Positions 39,111-50,526 of a DNA stretch of 64,000 nucleotides are shown piece by piece. Every line of letters starts with the position of its first letter. Positions within the stretch are counted from its first letter, which is position 1. Below the pieces are notes generated by a model that saw nothing but the letters and a program-made list of their open reading frames with translations, ran no database searches and was not told the DNA's origin. The stretch comes from a virus (taxonomy: Duplodnaviria; Caudoviricetes). Location: the IMG/VR virus record IMGVR_UViG_3300033802_000250, one strand, 5' to 3'. Position numbers and translations under genes: made by a program.

Positions 39111-39591
39111 CGGTTACACCGCCCCTTTCGGGGTACTTTAACTCCACGTCACTGCGTGGACGGCCTAGACTATACCATCGTCTCCATACACCCTGCTCCG
39201 CCAAACAGGGCTTGTTTGTATGGTCACGCCCCTTGGTAGTCGTTGGGGGCTTCCCATATCCCAAATTGGGACTTAGGGCTATCCCTGCTGATTGCCCATT
39301 GTCACGATCCTGCTCGGTTGTACGTTCAGGATCATCCTCCAACTTATTTCTGCTCTCGCTCCGTCACAATACCCTTTCGAGTATTGCTTTGGCATGGAGG
39401 CTTTAGGGCTTCCCAGCATATTCGGGGTACGCACGCCACCTCTCGGAAGCGTGGGACTGTTTGATAATGCAGTAGCGTTCATACTTGCGTTCAAGGTATA
39501 TAGTCGCATCGCGATACATATATTCTCCGGCAGTAATCAAATCATCTATGGCTCCAAATTGCAATTATCACGCTACAAGCATTATCTTCCA
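39111..39591 (-). ncRNA. Group I intron in dnaE (481 nt)
   Basis: Removal restores PPDID|TDF in frame; exon ends in U and intron in G; P (ATATGCTGGGAA), Q (AATCAGCAGG), R (CAACGACTAC) and S (GATGGTATAGTCT) core elements present. Confidence 0.9.
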
Positions 39592-41016
39592 ATCAATGTC
39601 CGGCGGACTGTTCCGATACGGATTCAGGAACCGCTCGAACATGAAGTCGTACTCGATAGGATCGAGCTTGGTGATGCCGAGCAGGAACGCGGTAATCGCG
39701 CCCGCCGCCGAGCCCCGGCCCGGGCCGACATAATATTGCGGATAGAACTCGTATTTGGCGTTTTCCGGGTCGGCTTTTAGCCACGCGGCGTTCGGTGCGT
39801 AGGATTTCCACTTCTTCCGGTTGGTTGCCCAAAGAATGATGTCCCACAGGATCAGGAAGTAGGAAGGGAACCCCTTCATGACGATAACGTCCAGTTCAGA
39901 TTCGATGCGCTTGATGTACGTCTTGATGTTGATGCGTTTCTTCTTTTTACGCATCTTCTGGACGTATTCGAGGAGATTGTCATACATGAGTTTCCGCAGG
40001 TACGTTGTCGGAGTATGACCTTCCTCGCAGTATGGATACTCCGGCATCAGGTTTTTGCCGAGTTCCAGATCGACATTACACATGTCGGCGATTTTGCAGG
40101 CGTTCTCAATCGCCTCGTACGGGATGTTGTTCTCATCGGCCCAATCATACACTTCCTCCGCCGACGCTAGATGGTAGGTATTGGTGCCGAGATAAGGAGC
40201 GCATTCGTAAATGGTCTGTCTACGCCCCATCGCAACGAGCGTATGATGAGCATCCTTGTCTTCAGGCCGGACGTAATGCACGTCCTTGGCATAGACCAGC
40301 GGGATTCCCGTCTCCTCGCTCATCTGAATGAGTTGCATGTTGACCATATCCTGCTCCCGGCTACCATTATCCTGAATTTCCAGATAGTAGCCGTAGAACA
40401 GTTTGCTCCGGCGAATCGCTTCCTTCTTGGCCTTCTCATATTCCCCGGCGAGGAGCAGGCGCGGGATGTATCCGGCCAGACATCCGCTGGTCGCGATGAT
40501 GTTCTTGCCGTAGCCGTTTTCCTCGATAAATTTCATATCCGTCCGGGGCTTTTTGTAGAACCCTACCGTATTGGCGTCGGCGATGAGCGCTTGCAAGGCG
40601 GCCCAACCTTCGTTGTTGACCGGAAGCATCGTGATGTGATAGATGCCGTCTTGGACTTCCTCATCCTCACTTTGCTTCGTCTTGCTTTTCTTGAAAGCGT
40701 CCTTCACTGTCCGGTCGGGGGATTCATACATTTCACAGGCCGGTATGAACTTGAGGCCATGCTTTTTGCACGCCTTCTTCATCTGAATCACGCCAGATAT
40801 GTTGCCGTGATCCGTCAGCACCAGCGTATCAATCCCGATTTCAGCCGCACGTTTTGCAAGCTCCTCGGGTTTCGCCGATGCGTCGCTGATCGAATAAATA
40901 CTGTGGTTGTGGATATGCACAACCCGCAGTTTATCCGGTCGTTTGCGCTTTTTCGTATTCAGTTTTTTGGCCTTCTTGGGTGTCGATTCTTGATGTTCGC
41001 AACATTCTTTCGCCAC
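39592..41016 (-). CDS. dnaE: DNA polymerase III alpha subunit, exon 1 (PHP domain and start of palm)
   Basis: HIHNHS, TDHG, GPGRGSAAG, FERFLNP, PDID. Confidence 0.93.
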
Positions 41017-41545
41017 TTACATCCCTCCTTCTTATCACCCCATACCATATTAGCATAGCGTATATGCGGGCAAGCAAGTAGGCGGTGTAGCTTTCGACAG
41101 TCCGGCATCCCTTTTCTTCATTGCAAGGCTTGCAACAACAAGCCAAATTGAACTTGAGCAGGGAACCGCCGAGACGCTTCGGAGTCATGTGGTCGATGGT
41201 CAAGAGTTCATGCCCTCTGTGCATTTGCCTTCCGCAGATATAGCACACGTAATTAGCCTCGGCCCACACTTCCTCTTTCATGCGCTTCTCGTCTTTGCTG
41301 TCGATTTGCAATTGAATGGTATCCTCAGACACCCACACACAGCGATGTTGTCGCACGAATGACTTCGCCTTCGGGAGCGTGGTATAGCTGTCGAGGACGC
41401 CATTCTTGTTCAGAACCTTAATCGTCGAAGACGAAGTCTTCTTCTTCGCCGCCCGGTTCTTCATTTGACCCTTCATCATCGGAGAACTCCAACAGTTCTT
41501 CTTCCTGTTGTGCGACTTTGGTTTGTTGTTTTTCCTCGATGACAA
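40931..41545 (-). CDS. HNH endonuclease (McrA-like)
   Basis: CYIC...TIDHMTP...GG...NL..CC..CNEEKG; true start probably near 41420. Confidence 0.75.
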   Translation of the reverse strand: MSSRKNNKPKSHNRKKNCWSSPMMKGQMKNRAAKKKTSSSTIKVLNKNGVLDSYTTLPKAKSFVRQHRCVWVSEDTIQLQIDSKDEKRMKEEVWAEANYVCYICGRQMHRGHELLTIDHMTPKRLGGSLLKFNLACCCKPCNEEKGCRTVESYTAYLLARIYAMLIWYGVIRRRDVSGERMLRTSRIDTQEGQKTEYEKAQTTG

Positions 41546-42143
41546 GCTTCACGCTTTGATTATGAACCGTCGTCGGGTTCTTTCTGAACTCGGCGTCCTT
41601 CTGCTTGATTTGATCCAGCGTCGGGAAGCCGTGCGGCAGTTCGTCGAGATAAAATCCGTACGACAGCGTCGGGTCAATGGAGCAATCCACAACACAGATG
41701 ATATGCGAGTTCTTTGGCAGGCGGCCCTGTGTGTGTTTCAGGACAAACTCATATTCGTCCTTCTCGACACGGACAACGGGCCACCGCTGGCCGATACATC
41801 CGATCCAAAAATGCTCCGCCAAAACAACCGGATTCGCGCTGTGGATATCATTGACATAGATCGACCGGGAGGTGCCGGTCACTTCCGCAAGCGTGATCTT
41901 CTGTGTGCCATCACTGATGGTGCTTTTGCCGATGAGCTTGTGTTTGAGAACGCTCTCCGGCAAGCCCGCCGTGTTGACCCGCTTTTCCTCTGCGGGCTTG
42001 TGGGTCTTGATTTCGATAGCCTTGGCCTTTTTCTTGGGGGCGGTATCCAGCTTCTCGGCGGTAGCCGCCGACTCGGCCTTGGCTTTCTTCACGTCGGCGC
42101 GTACGGACTTCTTGGATGGCTTTTTGTCTTTCTTCTTGCCCAC
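41418..42143 (-). CDS. Hypothetical protein with K-rich N-terminus and acidic C-terminus
   Basis: AGGAGG SD, GTG start. Confidence 0.65.
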   Translation of the reverse strand: MGKKKDKKPSKKSVRADVKKAKAESAATAEKLDTAPKKKAKAIEIKTHKPAEEKRVNTAGLPESVLKHKLIGKSTISDGTQKITLAEVTGTSRSIYVNDIHSANPVVLAEHFWIGCIGQRWPVVRVEKDEYEFVLKHTQGRLPKNSHIICVVDCSIDPTLSYGFYLDELPHGFPTLDQIKQKDAEFRKNPTTVHNQSVKLVIEEKQQTKVAQQEEELLEFSDDEGSNEEPGGEEEDFVFDD

Positions 42144-42239
42144 GGTATCTCCTCCTTCGGAATGCTTCGCGGGTTATGGACTTGGTAAGCTCCACCGCCG
42201 CGATTCGGATCAGCAACTTTAACAAATCACGCATACGCA

Positions 42240-43325
42240 TCACCCAACCGCAAGCAGACAGGTTTGATCGGAACGCCCTTCGGGCTGGATCGCAATCGGC
42301 TGTTGCTCATTGATGCCGATGGTAATCTGATCTGCATCTATCGCCTTCACAACATCCGTCATACGCCGAATGTCGATTTTGACATTGGTTTTCTTGCCCT
42401 TCACATCCGTCGGAATGGCCTCGTGGAAATCCGTTTTCTGCGTTCGTCCTTCCAGTATTACCTTTCCCTTTTCAACCTGTAATATGCCTTTGGCTTGACC
42501 GGCATCTTCCAGAATGGAAGTGCCGCGCTCCAGCACGCCGAGCAATTCATGTTTGTCGAGCGTAAAGCTCGTCATGAAGTCCTTCTTCGGCATTTTGATG
42601 GCCGGATATGAGCCGGAATACACCGGAATGTAATACGTGATATCGTTGTGTTTGACGATGAGCCGCGTATTGCGATCCGACTGGATCGTCACTTTGTCAT
42701 CATCGCGCACCGTTTTGGCCGCATTAACCAGCGACTTCTTCGCCACGGTCATATTCATTTCCTTGGCCTCGATGGATTTCTTGCAATGCGCGATAATGTA
42801 TCCGTTCATCGACATGAACTTCAGCCGCTTGCCATCACTGACAATATTGATGCCTTCAAGAAGCGGCGCTTCCGCGCCTCTGCGTTCCGGCTTTGTGGCA
42901 AACGCCACACCGAGTACAAGCCGCTTGAAGACTTTGCCCGCGAGGTCAATGCGAAGTTCTTCTTCGATTTTCGGCAGATCGGGAAACTTCTCGGGCTCCA
43001 ATATGCCGAATTTCGGCTTGCCCCGGCTACTTTCGACCGTTACCCGTTCGTCGTCCAGCTTGACGGTGACTTCCTTCACATCCAGCTTGGAAATGTAGCC
43101 AATGAATCGGTCGCCTTCAATGACGGTATCGAACGGTTTCTTGACGGTTGCATCAATCCAGATTTCCGTGGAGTGCGCACCTTCCGTGGACATCAGCTTC
43201 ACCCGGTTTTTCTTCTTGTGACATTTGATGCGGATGCCGGGATGACCGCTGGTTTCCGTCCCGACCGTCGGCGCGATGACGGAGAGCGCATACTGAAGTT
43301 CCTGTAGCAAGCATGTGAATTGCAA
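42240..43325 (-). CDS. dnaN: DNA polymerase III beta sliding clamp
   Basis: 361 aa; MQF start, KFPDLP, LLEGIN, GSYP motifs; three-domain length. Confidence 0.85.
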   Translation of the reverse strand: MQFTCLLQELQYALSVIAPTVGTETSGHPGIRIKCHKKKNRVKLMSTEGAHSTEIWIDATVKKPFDTVIEGDRFIGYISKLDVKEVTVKLDDERVTVESSRGKPKFGILEPEKFPDLPKIEEELRIDLAGKVFKRLVLGVAFATKPERRGAEAPLLEGINIVSDGKRLKFMSMNGYIIAHCKKSIEAKEMNMTVAKKSLVNAAKTVRDDDKVTIQSDRNTRLIVKHNDITYYIPVYSGSYPAIKMPKKDFMTSFTLDKHELLGVLERGTSILEDAGQAKGILQVEKGKVILEGRTQKTDFHEAIPTDVKGKKTNVKIDIRRMTDVVKAIDADQITIGINEQQPIAIQPEGRSDQTCLLAVG

Positions 43326-43345
43326 TGCTGTCCCTCCCTTGCTGG

Positions 43346-43936
43346 CTATACTTTATACCATTCATCAAGAACGGTTTTGGTCAGACCGTAGTCGATCAAA
43401 ACGAATCTGCCTTTGTAGTACCCCCATGACGAGGGGCGGACGATATCGCCGAGAACAAGTCCGTAGTCATACACCAGCGTCTGGATGTCGTACCACAGCT
43501 TGCTTTTGAATGTCTTCCGCATCTCTTGCTGGGTCTTCGGATTGGAGTTGTATTCAATCACCCTCTCGGTGTTGATCTGATGCCGGTGTTTGCCGCACAT
43601 CGCAATGTAAATGTACCGAAGACGCCTTTTGAACACCCGCAAGTTTTCGCGTGCGCTCTCCGGCATTTCCTTCAGATTGCTGATGGGCGTTGCCTTTGCC
43701 ATAACGAGAATCTCATCATCCGGCGTAATGTCGATGATCGGGCACAAATGCGTTACACCGCGTTCGCTAGTCGCATACTTCCAGATCTCGTATTCCGCAC
43801 GATTCTGTGCAAGGCCGCGCATAAGTCGCTTGTACCGGCCTCTGGCAACTTTCGCAACACGGTTGCCCATCAGGTACACCGTCCGGCTGGAGCCTTTGCC
43901 GACGGGTTTCTGCTGGCTGATATCCGGCAGATTCAT
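43346..43936 (-). CDS. Phage-type Ser/Thr protein kinase-like protein
   Basis: GKGSSRTVY, VAKVA, QNRAE, GD...WG, LIDYG. Confidence 0.7.
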   Translation of the reverse strand: MNLPDISQQKPVGKGSSRTVYLMGNRVAKVARGRYKRLMRGLAQNRAEYEIWKYATSERGVTHLCPIIDITPDDEILVMAKATPISNLKEMPESARENLRVFKRRLRYIYIAMCGKHRHQINTERVIEYNSNPKTQQEMRKTFKSKLWYDIQTLVYDYGLVLGDIVRPSSWGYYKGRFVLIDYGLTKTVLDEWYKV

Positions 43937-43954
43937 GACATCCCTCCTTTCTTG

Positions 43955-43985
43955 AAAAGCAAAGCTCCCCGTGACAACGGGGAGC
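43955..43985 (-). terminator. Terminator with UGUC tetraloop after groES
   Basis: GCTCCCCGT-TGTC-ACGGGGAGC followed by TTTGCTTTT. Confidence 0.65.
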
Positions 43986-43995
43986 GGATAGCGCT

Positions 43996-44325
43996 TTATT
44001 CAATGATGGCGATGATGTCGCGTTCGTTGATCACGAGCAAATCTTCCTTCTTGCCGCCGATTTCTACGTTAATCGGCACGCCCGCGAGCCGCGAGTAGAT
44101 AACCTTCTGGCCGACCTCGACTTCCATCGGCATTTTGACACCATTGTCCAGCCGTGCGCCGGGGCCTGTGACAACGACGGTGCCTTCATACTTCGGCTCC
44201 TGCGCATTGTGCGCGATGATGATGCCGGATTTGGTGACTTCTTCCGGCGGCGTCGGCTTGACGATCAGACGTGCGCCAAGCACCGTAAGGTTCTCGTATC
44301 CGGGCAGATGTTTGCATTGACTCAT
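43996..44325 (-). CDS. groES: Co-chaperonin GroES (no groEL in window)
   Basis: TKSGIII, GTVVVTGPG, VEVGQKVIY, ERDIIA. Confidence 0.92.
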   Translation of the reverse strand: MSQCKHLPGYENLTVLGARLIVKPTPPEEVTKSGIIIAHNAQEPKYEGTVVVTGPGARLDNGVKMPMEVEVGQKVIYSRLAGVPINVEIGGKKEDLLVINERDIIAIIE

Positions 44326-44343
44326 GCTGTATTCCCTCCTGAA

Positions 44344-44862
44344 TTAGCTGGCGACCTCTTGAATAGTCGCGATGATGGTATTTTTGATCTCAGAAGGCTT
44401 GCGTTTGCCTTCGTTGAGTTCTTCCACGATGTCTTTGACGACGACATACCCGGTGCGGGTCTGCTCGTGATACCCGCTGGTTGCAAGGAAAAGAAGATCC
44501 AGCAGGTATGCCTGCTCCTCGTTGAGCATGTTGATATCCGGCATGGATAAATAGGCGAGCGGCAATTCCACCAGCTTGTTGCCCGGCTCGGCTTTGGCAA
44601 TGGTCATGGCGGTATCATTGAGGAACCGCTCGAATGTTACCGGATCAAGCTCTTTGCTGAAGACGTTCTTCGTTACGATGCCGTCATACAACGGAAACGA
44701 ATACACGACTTCAGTACGGATGTTACCGTTGGTAAGCTTCACGCCGGTCACGCGAATAAATTTCTCGCCGCCTTCCAGCGGCTTGCGGGTCGTCCCGAGA
44801 AAGAATAACCTTTCGCCATTCGCCTCGTCAACGACTTTTTCGTACTGAGCCTTAAACAGCAT
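44344..44862 (-). CDS. Hypothetical protein
   Basis: AGGAGGG SD before MLFKAQ. Confidence 0.6.
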   Translation of the reverse strand: MLFKAQYEKVVDEANGERLFFLGTTRKPLEGGEKFIRVTGVKLTNGNIRTEVVYSFPLYDGIVTKNVFSKELDPVTFERFLNDTAMTIAKAEPGNKLVELPLAYLSMPDINMLNEEQAYLLDLLFLATSGYHEQTRTGYVVVKDIVEELNEGKRKPSEIKNTIIATIQEVAS

Positions 44863-44876
44863 GGAGTCTCCCTCCT

Positions 44877-45532
44877 TTACAGGTAATCGGAGATGACGCG
44901 GATATTTTTCCACATCCGATTCATCTTGTCCTTGAACTCCGCCTTGTCGATCCCCATCAGAGTGCGGGGATGATAGACCGGAATAACGGGAATCCGGCGT
45001 TCAGAACCGTTTTGCGGATTTCCCATCTCGAAGTGGAACTCGCCGTCAATCGCATCATTGATTGAGATGTGTTCAGTGGCGAGCGAACTAATCGCAACAC
45101 TTCCGAGCGCCACAATAGCGGCTGGCTGGAGTATCGCAATCTCATTGACAAGATGCACGTAGCATTCCTTAATGTGGCCCATCGTGACGCGGTCGGCCCG
45201 ACATTTGACGGCGTGTGTCCAGTAGATGTCTTCGACATTCAGCGGAATGCGCGAAAGGAGCATCATCATCACGACCTGAACTTCGATGATGGATAGATCG
45301 TCTTTACCGAGCGGCGGATAGTCGCTGACGACGACGATTTCAGGACGAAGCGGCCCGATCCCGGCTATCGGGACATGACAACCGTCACGAAGGGAACAAG
45401 CCGAGCAACTCGTGATCTTGTTCCCAATCATGTTCAGACGGTTGTAATAAGAGGACATGCCCTCGACAACCTTGGACACGTCCTCTTGCTTCAACCCGCT
45501 GTCGATCAGGTGATCAGCAATGGCAATTGCCA

Positions 45533-45533
<1 letters not shown>
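44877..45533 (-). CDS. Degenerate family-4 uracil-DNA glycosylase-like protein
   Basis: CSACSL, VKCR, C and YHP retained; GEAPG replaced by SDYPP. Confidence 0.7.
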
Positions 45534-46618
<1,085 letters not shown>

Positions 46619-46645
46619 ATGGATTCATTGCCTCCTTGGTAGATG

Positions 46646-46786
46646 TCATTTTTCTTTCTGGAAAGCGCGGATATAATCATCGTTGAGATGACTCAACGGT
46701 TGATCCTCATGCCACCGATGTTTCAGTTTAGCCGTGTCGATCAGCATAAGGCAGATAGCACAGATTGCCGCCAGCACAAAGGTCAT
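46646..46786 (-). CDS. Small membrane protein
   Basis: MTFVLAAICAICLMLID... after a GGGGGTG SD. Confidence 0.45.
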   Translation of the reverse strand: MTFVLAAICAICLMLIDTAKLKHRWHEDQPLSHLNDDYIRAFQKEK

Positions 46787-46806
46787 AAGATGCACCCCCT
46801 GAAGGG

Positions 46807-47775
46807 TTACGATCTTTGCTTCAGTTCCAACCGAATGCGTTCCATCGCTTGATTCAGTTGTTGTTGAAGCGCGTCCATTTTCTTGTGGACGATGTCTTCG
46901 TACTCCTCCAGCTTCATTTGAAGCTGGACGAACCGCTCCGCGTAGCCCTTGACGGCCTTGACGCTGACCTTTTCTTGGCTCAGCAGGTCGGCAAAGTCCG
47001 CGATCAGTTCGTTTGCGGATTCCTGAATGTCGGCTTCGGCCCGGCGGGCGATCATATCCCGCTGTTCGACGGTGTCGATGACAGGGATGATTTCGATGAT
47101 GGACGTTTGGCTCTTGTCCATATGGTACGGAGCCAGATCCCGAATCACTCCGGCCAGCGCGTCGAGCGTAGCGCGTTGCGTGCGCGGAAGGAAGGTTGCT
47201 TTCCCGTTGGGCATGATGCTGACGTGATTCATCGCGTTGATAACGCGACGGGTGATGTTGTTGATCGTTTCCCGCGTGTGGTAGTTGATCCACTCGTTGT
47301 ACAGGTCGCGGGCGGTCTCCAGCACCTTGTCATACGGATATTCCGACAGGAATCCGTGTTGGAAATCCGTCGAGACCTTCTCGGTCTTGCGGTCGAGGAT
47401 GATCCTCCCAATTGTATTATAATCAAGGCGCTCGTCCTTGTCATTGACGACCTCCCGCACCAGATGCCGGATGACGAGATTTTCGTCGGACTTCACTTCA
47501 CGAACCAACAGCCTTGCCTTTTGATCCTTCCTGCCGCCGTAGTTGATTTGAATCGAAGATTCGACCTCCTTGGATGCGCGGCGGAAAGCATCATGCGCAT
47601 AGATTTTGTCCGGGAGGAATTTCTTTGTATCCAGTCCGTTGTCGGCGAAAATCCGGGCCAGGTCATCTTTGTGAATCCGCAAGTCGCGGATGGAATGGAA
47701 TTCGAGGAACCCGAGCAATTCGGATGTCGGGATGTCCGCATTACTGCGGATGACTGCTGGTGCTGTCGTTGTCAT
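46807..47775 (-). CDS. Conserved hypothetical protein (DUF6744-like, from memory)
   Basis: DAFRRA motif, coiled-coil C-terminus, AGGAGG SD. Confidence 0.55.
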   Translation of the reverse strand: MTTTAPAVIRSNADIPTSELLGFLEFHSIRDLRIHKDDLARIFADNGLDTKKFLPDKIYAHDAFRRASKEVESSIQINYGGRKDQKARLLVREVKSDENLVIRHLVREVVNDKDERLDYNTIGRIILDRKTEKVSTDFQHGFLSEYPYDKVLETARDLYNEWINYHTRETINNITRRVINAMNHVSIMPNGKATFLPRTQRATLDALAGVIRDLAPYHMDKSQTSIIEIIPVIDTVEQRDMIARRAEADIQESANELIADFADLLSQEKVSVKAVKGYAERFVQLQMKLEEYEDIVHKKMDALQQQLNQAMERIRLELKQRS

Positions 47776-47846
47776 GCTTCAGACCTCCTTAATGAAAGAT
47801 ATCTATGTCATACGCAGGCCGCTGGCGGCAAAAGCCCGCGTTTGTT

Positions 47847-48443
47847 TTATTCGTTACCATCAGTATTTCCCGATGTAACGTTGGTTATACATTCGTCGTC
47901 GCTGATGTAGCCTTCGGATGTGATGACGATAATTTGAAACTTCTTTCCGTCCGCTTCGATCTCATGTTTGCCAAGCAGACGGGTCGCTCTTGTGTTGACG
48001 GTTTCCCATTTGCCTTCGGACGATTTCCAATACACCGCAACGATGATATACTGCTTGCCGGTTTGGAGCACTTCAATAGAGGTTCTGTATTCGCCGCCAA
48101 GCAGTTCTTCTTCGTAGAAGCCCACCATGTTGGGCAGGGTATAATCCTTCAGCGGCTTTGTGCCTCGCAAGAATCCGATGATGTCCTTGGCTTTGTCTTG
48201 CTGGATCACAATTACCGCCGTATCGTCGAAGTTCGGGTCACAGATGACTTCATGGAAAAACTGCTCTGTGACGAATGCTTCGATGCGACGTTCGCAGTTT
48301 GCGCAGGACGGATATTGTATCGGAGCGTTCGGATCTACCTGCGGGCGCCACTCATTCGTCGTCAGATTCACGAGCACCGGCATACACTGGTACACACGAA
48401 ACCAGTCATTGCCGCAGTACGGACAGACCTTGTTGTCAGACAT
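47847..48443 (-). CDS. Hypothetical zinc-ribbon protein
   Basis: CPYC...CANC. Confidence 0.6.
   Translation of the reverse strand: MSDNKVCPYCGNDWFRVYQCMPVLVNLTTNEWRPQVDPNAPIQYPSCANCERRIEAFVTEQFFHEVICDPNFDDTAVIVIQQDKAKDIIGFLRGTKPLKDYTLPNMVGFYEEELLGGEYRTSIEVLQTGKQYIIVAVYWKSSEGKWETVNTRATRLLGKHEIEADGKKFQIIVITSEGYISDDECITNVTSGNTDGNE
47853..47890 (-). promoter_or_regulatory. sigmaF-type promoter with GTTAC-N17-GTAAC palindrome
   Basis: GTATA-N15-GGAAATACTG, embedded in the 3' end of the upstream CDS. Confidence 0.65.
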
Positions 48444-48568
48444 GAGGATTCATCTCCTTTCAGCGGGTGGTAATCGGGTGTGGTAATCTTTATAACCACA
48501 TCCTCATCTCGCATCGTACATTGCAAATCTTGACGCGACAGCGTCATACAATTGATCGACATCGGGCA

Positions 48569-49039
48569 CTATCCGATTGTATCGTTAAGTGCCCACGGGA
48601 CTTTGGCGACGAACCGCTTATCGAACGGCGCGATGACGAGGTGTTTGCGGCTTTCGAGTTCCCGAAGAATACCGGCCACACGGGATATATGAATCTCGTG
48701 ATGGTACTTCCGGTCTTCATAATGGTGCGGCGCACGCACACTCGGCTCTGCCGTCGAAAGAAATTCGTTCAGCCGTTTCTCAGCATTCGCCAGCAAGACT
48801 TCGCATCCGTACTTCACCCGGTTGTAGGCATCCTCCTCGCTGGCCGCGAAGATCAGAATTGACAACCGAAAATAACCGGGTTCGTGGATTTGAACGATAT
48901 ACGGTTCGCCGTTCGGATCACCAACCATCGGCGCACGTTTGCTATGGGCGTTCTCACTGTCGTAGAAAGCAAACATATGCTCCAGACAGACGGGTTCAGG
49001 AGGAAGGTATTCCTCCCGGTTCAGAATCGGGATGTTCAT
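48569..49039 (-). CDS. Hypothetical protein
   Basis: ATGA overlap with the WYL gene. Confidence 0.55.
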   Translation of the reverse strand: MNIPILNREEYLPPEPVCLEHMFAFYDSENAHSKRAPMVGDPNGEPYIVQIHEPGYFRLSILIFAASEEDAYNRVKYGCEVLLANAEKRLNEFLSTAEPSVRAPHHYEDRKYHHEIHISRVAGILRELESRKHLVIAPFDKRFVAKVPWALNDTIG

Positions 49040-49536
49040 TTCACAAGCCCCGCTTTGTCCTTGGCGTCCGATGCCACAATCAGCACTTCGTCCGGGCGGT
49101 CAAAGTCCTCATCCAGTACAGCAATGCGCCGGATATTGGATGGTTTGAAGTGCCGCCACGCCCCTGCTTCGTGACAGAACGCGACAAGGTTGTTGCCATT
49201 CCAATTGAACGGTTCAACAACACGCTTCGAGATGCCCTTCTTGTCGGAATAATACTCGATAGCGATCTTCTTGCGATTGATGGCGGCGTGAACAATATAC
49301 GGAATAATGAGATCGCGATCTTCCGTATCCATGATGGCCGACGTGTTCGCCGCCTGCACCGACTGGCCGGGCCGCATGTACGATTTCTCAATCGGCGTGT
49401 TGATGAAGCGTTTGAATGTGCTGATCAGCACCTCGGAGCCGCCATCGGCCTGCTCCTGCTTCAGCAGTTGCGTCACTTGATGTTGCAAACGAGCCAGCAT
49501 TTGATAATCTTCTTCGGTATCAGCTACCAGTCGCAT
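49036..49536 (-). CDS. WYL-domain protein
   Basis: AAINRKKIAIEY...RVVEP...LVAFCHEAGAWRHFKPSNI. Confidence 0.8.
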   Translation of the reverse strand: MRLVADTEEDYQMLARLQHQVTQLLKQEQADGGSEVLISTFKRFINTPIEKSYMRPGQSVQAANTSAIMDTEDRDLIIPYIVHAAINRKKIAIEYYSDKKGISKRVVEPFNWNGNNLVAFCHEAGAWRHFKPSNIRRIAVLDEDFDRPDEVLIVASDAKDKAGLVK

Positions 49537-49732
49537 TTGGAATCCCTCCTTACCATTCTTCGCCTTCGTTCCAGATCGGGGACGCTGGTGAAAGCATTGT
49601 ACAGCGTCTCCATATCTTCCTCTGTGCCGTTGAGCAAAGAGATGAACAGCGTTTGTTTCGGTTTTCCGCCGTCTGCAAGATCACGCTCCGACGCCAACAG
49701 GGAATTTCGTCCCGTAGTAATGTCCAGATTCT

Positions 49733-50509
49733 TTAATCGTCTTCTTCTTCGACATCGGTCTCCTCCTCGTCTGTGTTCAAGTGCCGGTCGATGAAACCTT
49801 CCCACGGTTCGTTGGTTGCGATGTATTCTTCGAGCGATTTCTTGGCTCGCTCAATATCTATATCAATGTATTGAAGATCCATCGCAAGCGCAACGACTTC
49901 ATCTTCAAGTTCGGCAAGCTGGTCTTCCAGAACCCAAAGGTATTCCGTTTCCGATTCCTCGTCGTAATTGGCAATGCGGTGCCTGAGTTCCTCAATGTCA
50001 GCGCGGTAGTCCTCATGCCAAATTTTCCGATGGTGGGTCAGAACCAGCCAGCCGCCTAAGCGCCCCGCCGTATGCCACGTTTTGACCCAGTCAAAGAGTT
50101 GCATGTAGCCGTAGTCGGCTTCGGCACCGACCAGACAGCAAAGCTCCTGTTCAAGAATACTGTGGTATTCGTTGTAGACCAATTCCGCGTTGCGCGAGCT
50201 TTTCTTCTCGAACGCTTCGACCTCCGGCGGAAAGTCCCAGCAGTAAAACTTGATGTTGAATTGGAACTGGCCTTCGTCGCAATGATGACCTTGATGTTCT
50301 TTGATGATTTCGAGCGCTTCCTCCACTGTCAGCTTGGGAGCGGGTCGAAGTTCACTCAGCTTGAAGTGGACATGCGCCTGCGGAAAGCAGACGTAAATGC
50401 GCCCGTCGTCTTCGACCTCATGAATGAATCCCGGCGTGCCGGATTTGATAACGTTGCCTTCATAAACAACGTGATCTTTGATTGGTGTAACCCATTTGTT
50501 TAACGACAC
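49733..50509 (-). CDS. Hypothetical protein
   Basis: 258 aa, AGGAGTG SD, downstream of the repeated promoter. Confidence 0.6.
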   Translation of the reverse strand: MSLNKWVTPIKDHVVYEGNVIKSGTPGFIHEVEDDGRIYVCFPQAHVHFKLSELRPAPKLTVEEALEIIKEHQGHHCDEGQFQFNIKFYCWDFPPEVEAFEKKSSRNAELVYNEYHSILEQELCCLVGAEADYGYMQLFDWVKTWHTAGRLGGWLVLTHHRKIWHEDYRADIEELRHRIANYDEESETEYLWVLEDQLAELEDEVVALAMDLQYIDIDIERAKKSLEEYIATNEPWEGFIDRHLNTDEEETDVEEEDD

Positions 50510-50526
50510 GTAGGCTCACTCCTTTC

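Noticed and set aside
29660-39239. Long plus-strand ORFs (e.g. 29660..31579, 36759..39239; also 18041..19276 and 56510..57751)
   Set aside because: Antisense shadows of clearly identified minus-strand genes with no recognisable motifs
36600-41016. dnaE as a pseudogene or split-intein gene
   Set aside because: No intein termini (Cys/Ser start, His-Asn end); a group I intron restores the frame exactly
49524-49805. 93-aa ORF upstream of the WYL gene
   Set aside because: The SD-linked ATG near 49755 is in another frame that stops after 24 codons; probably a frameshifted remnant, so not called
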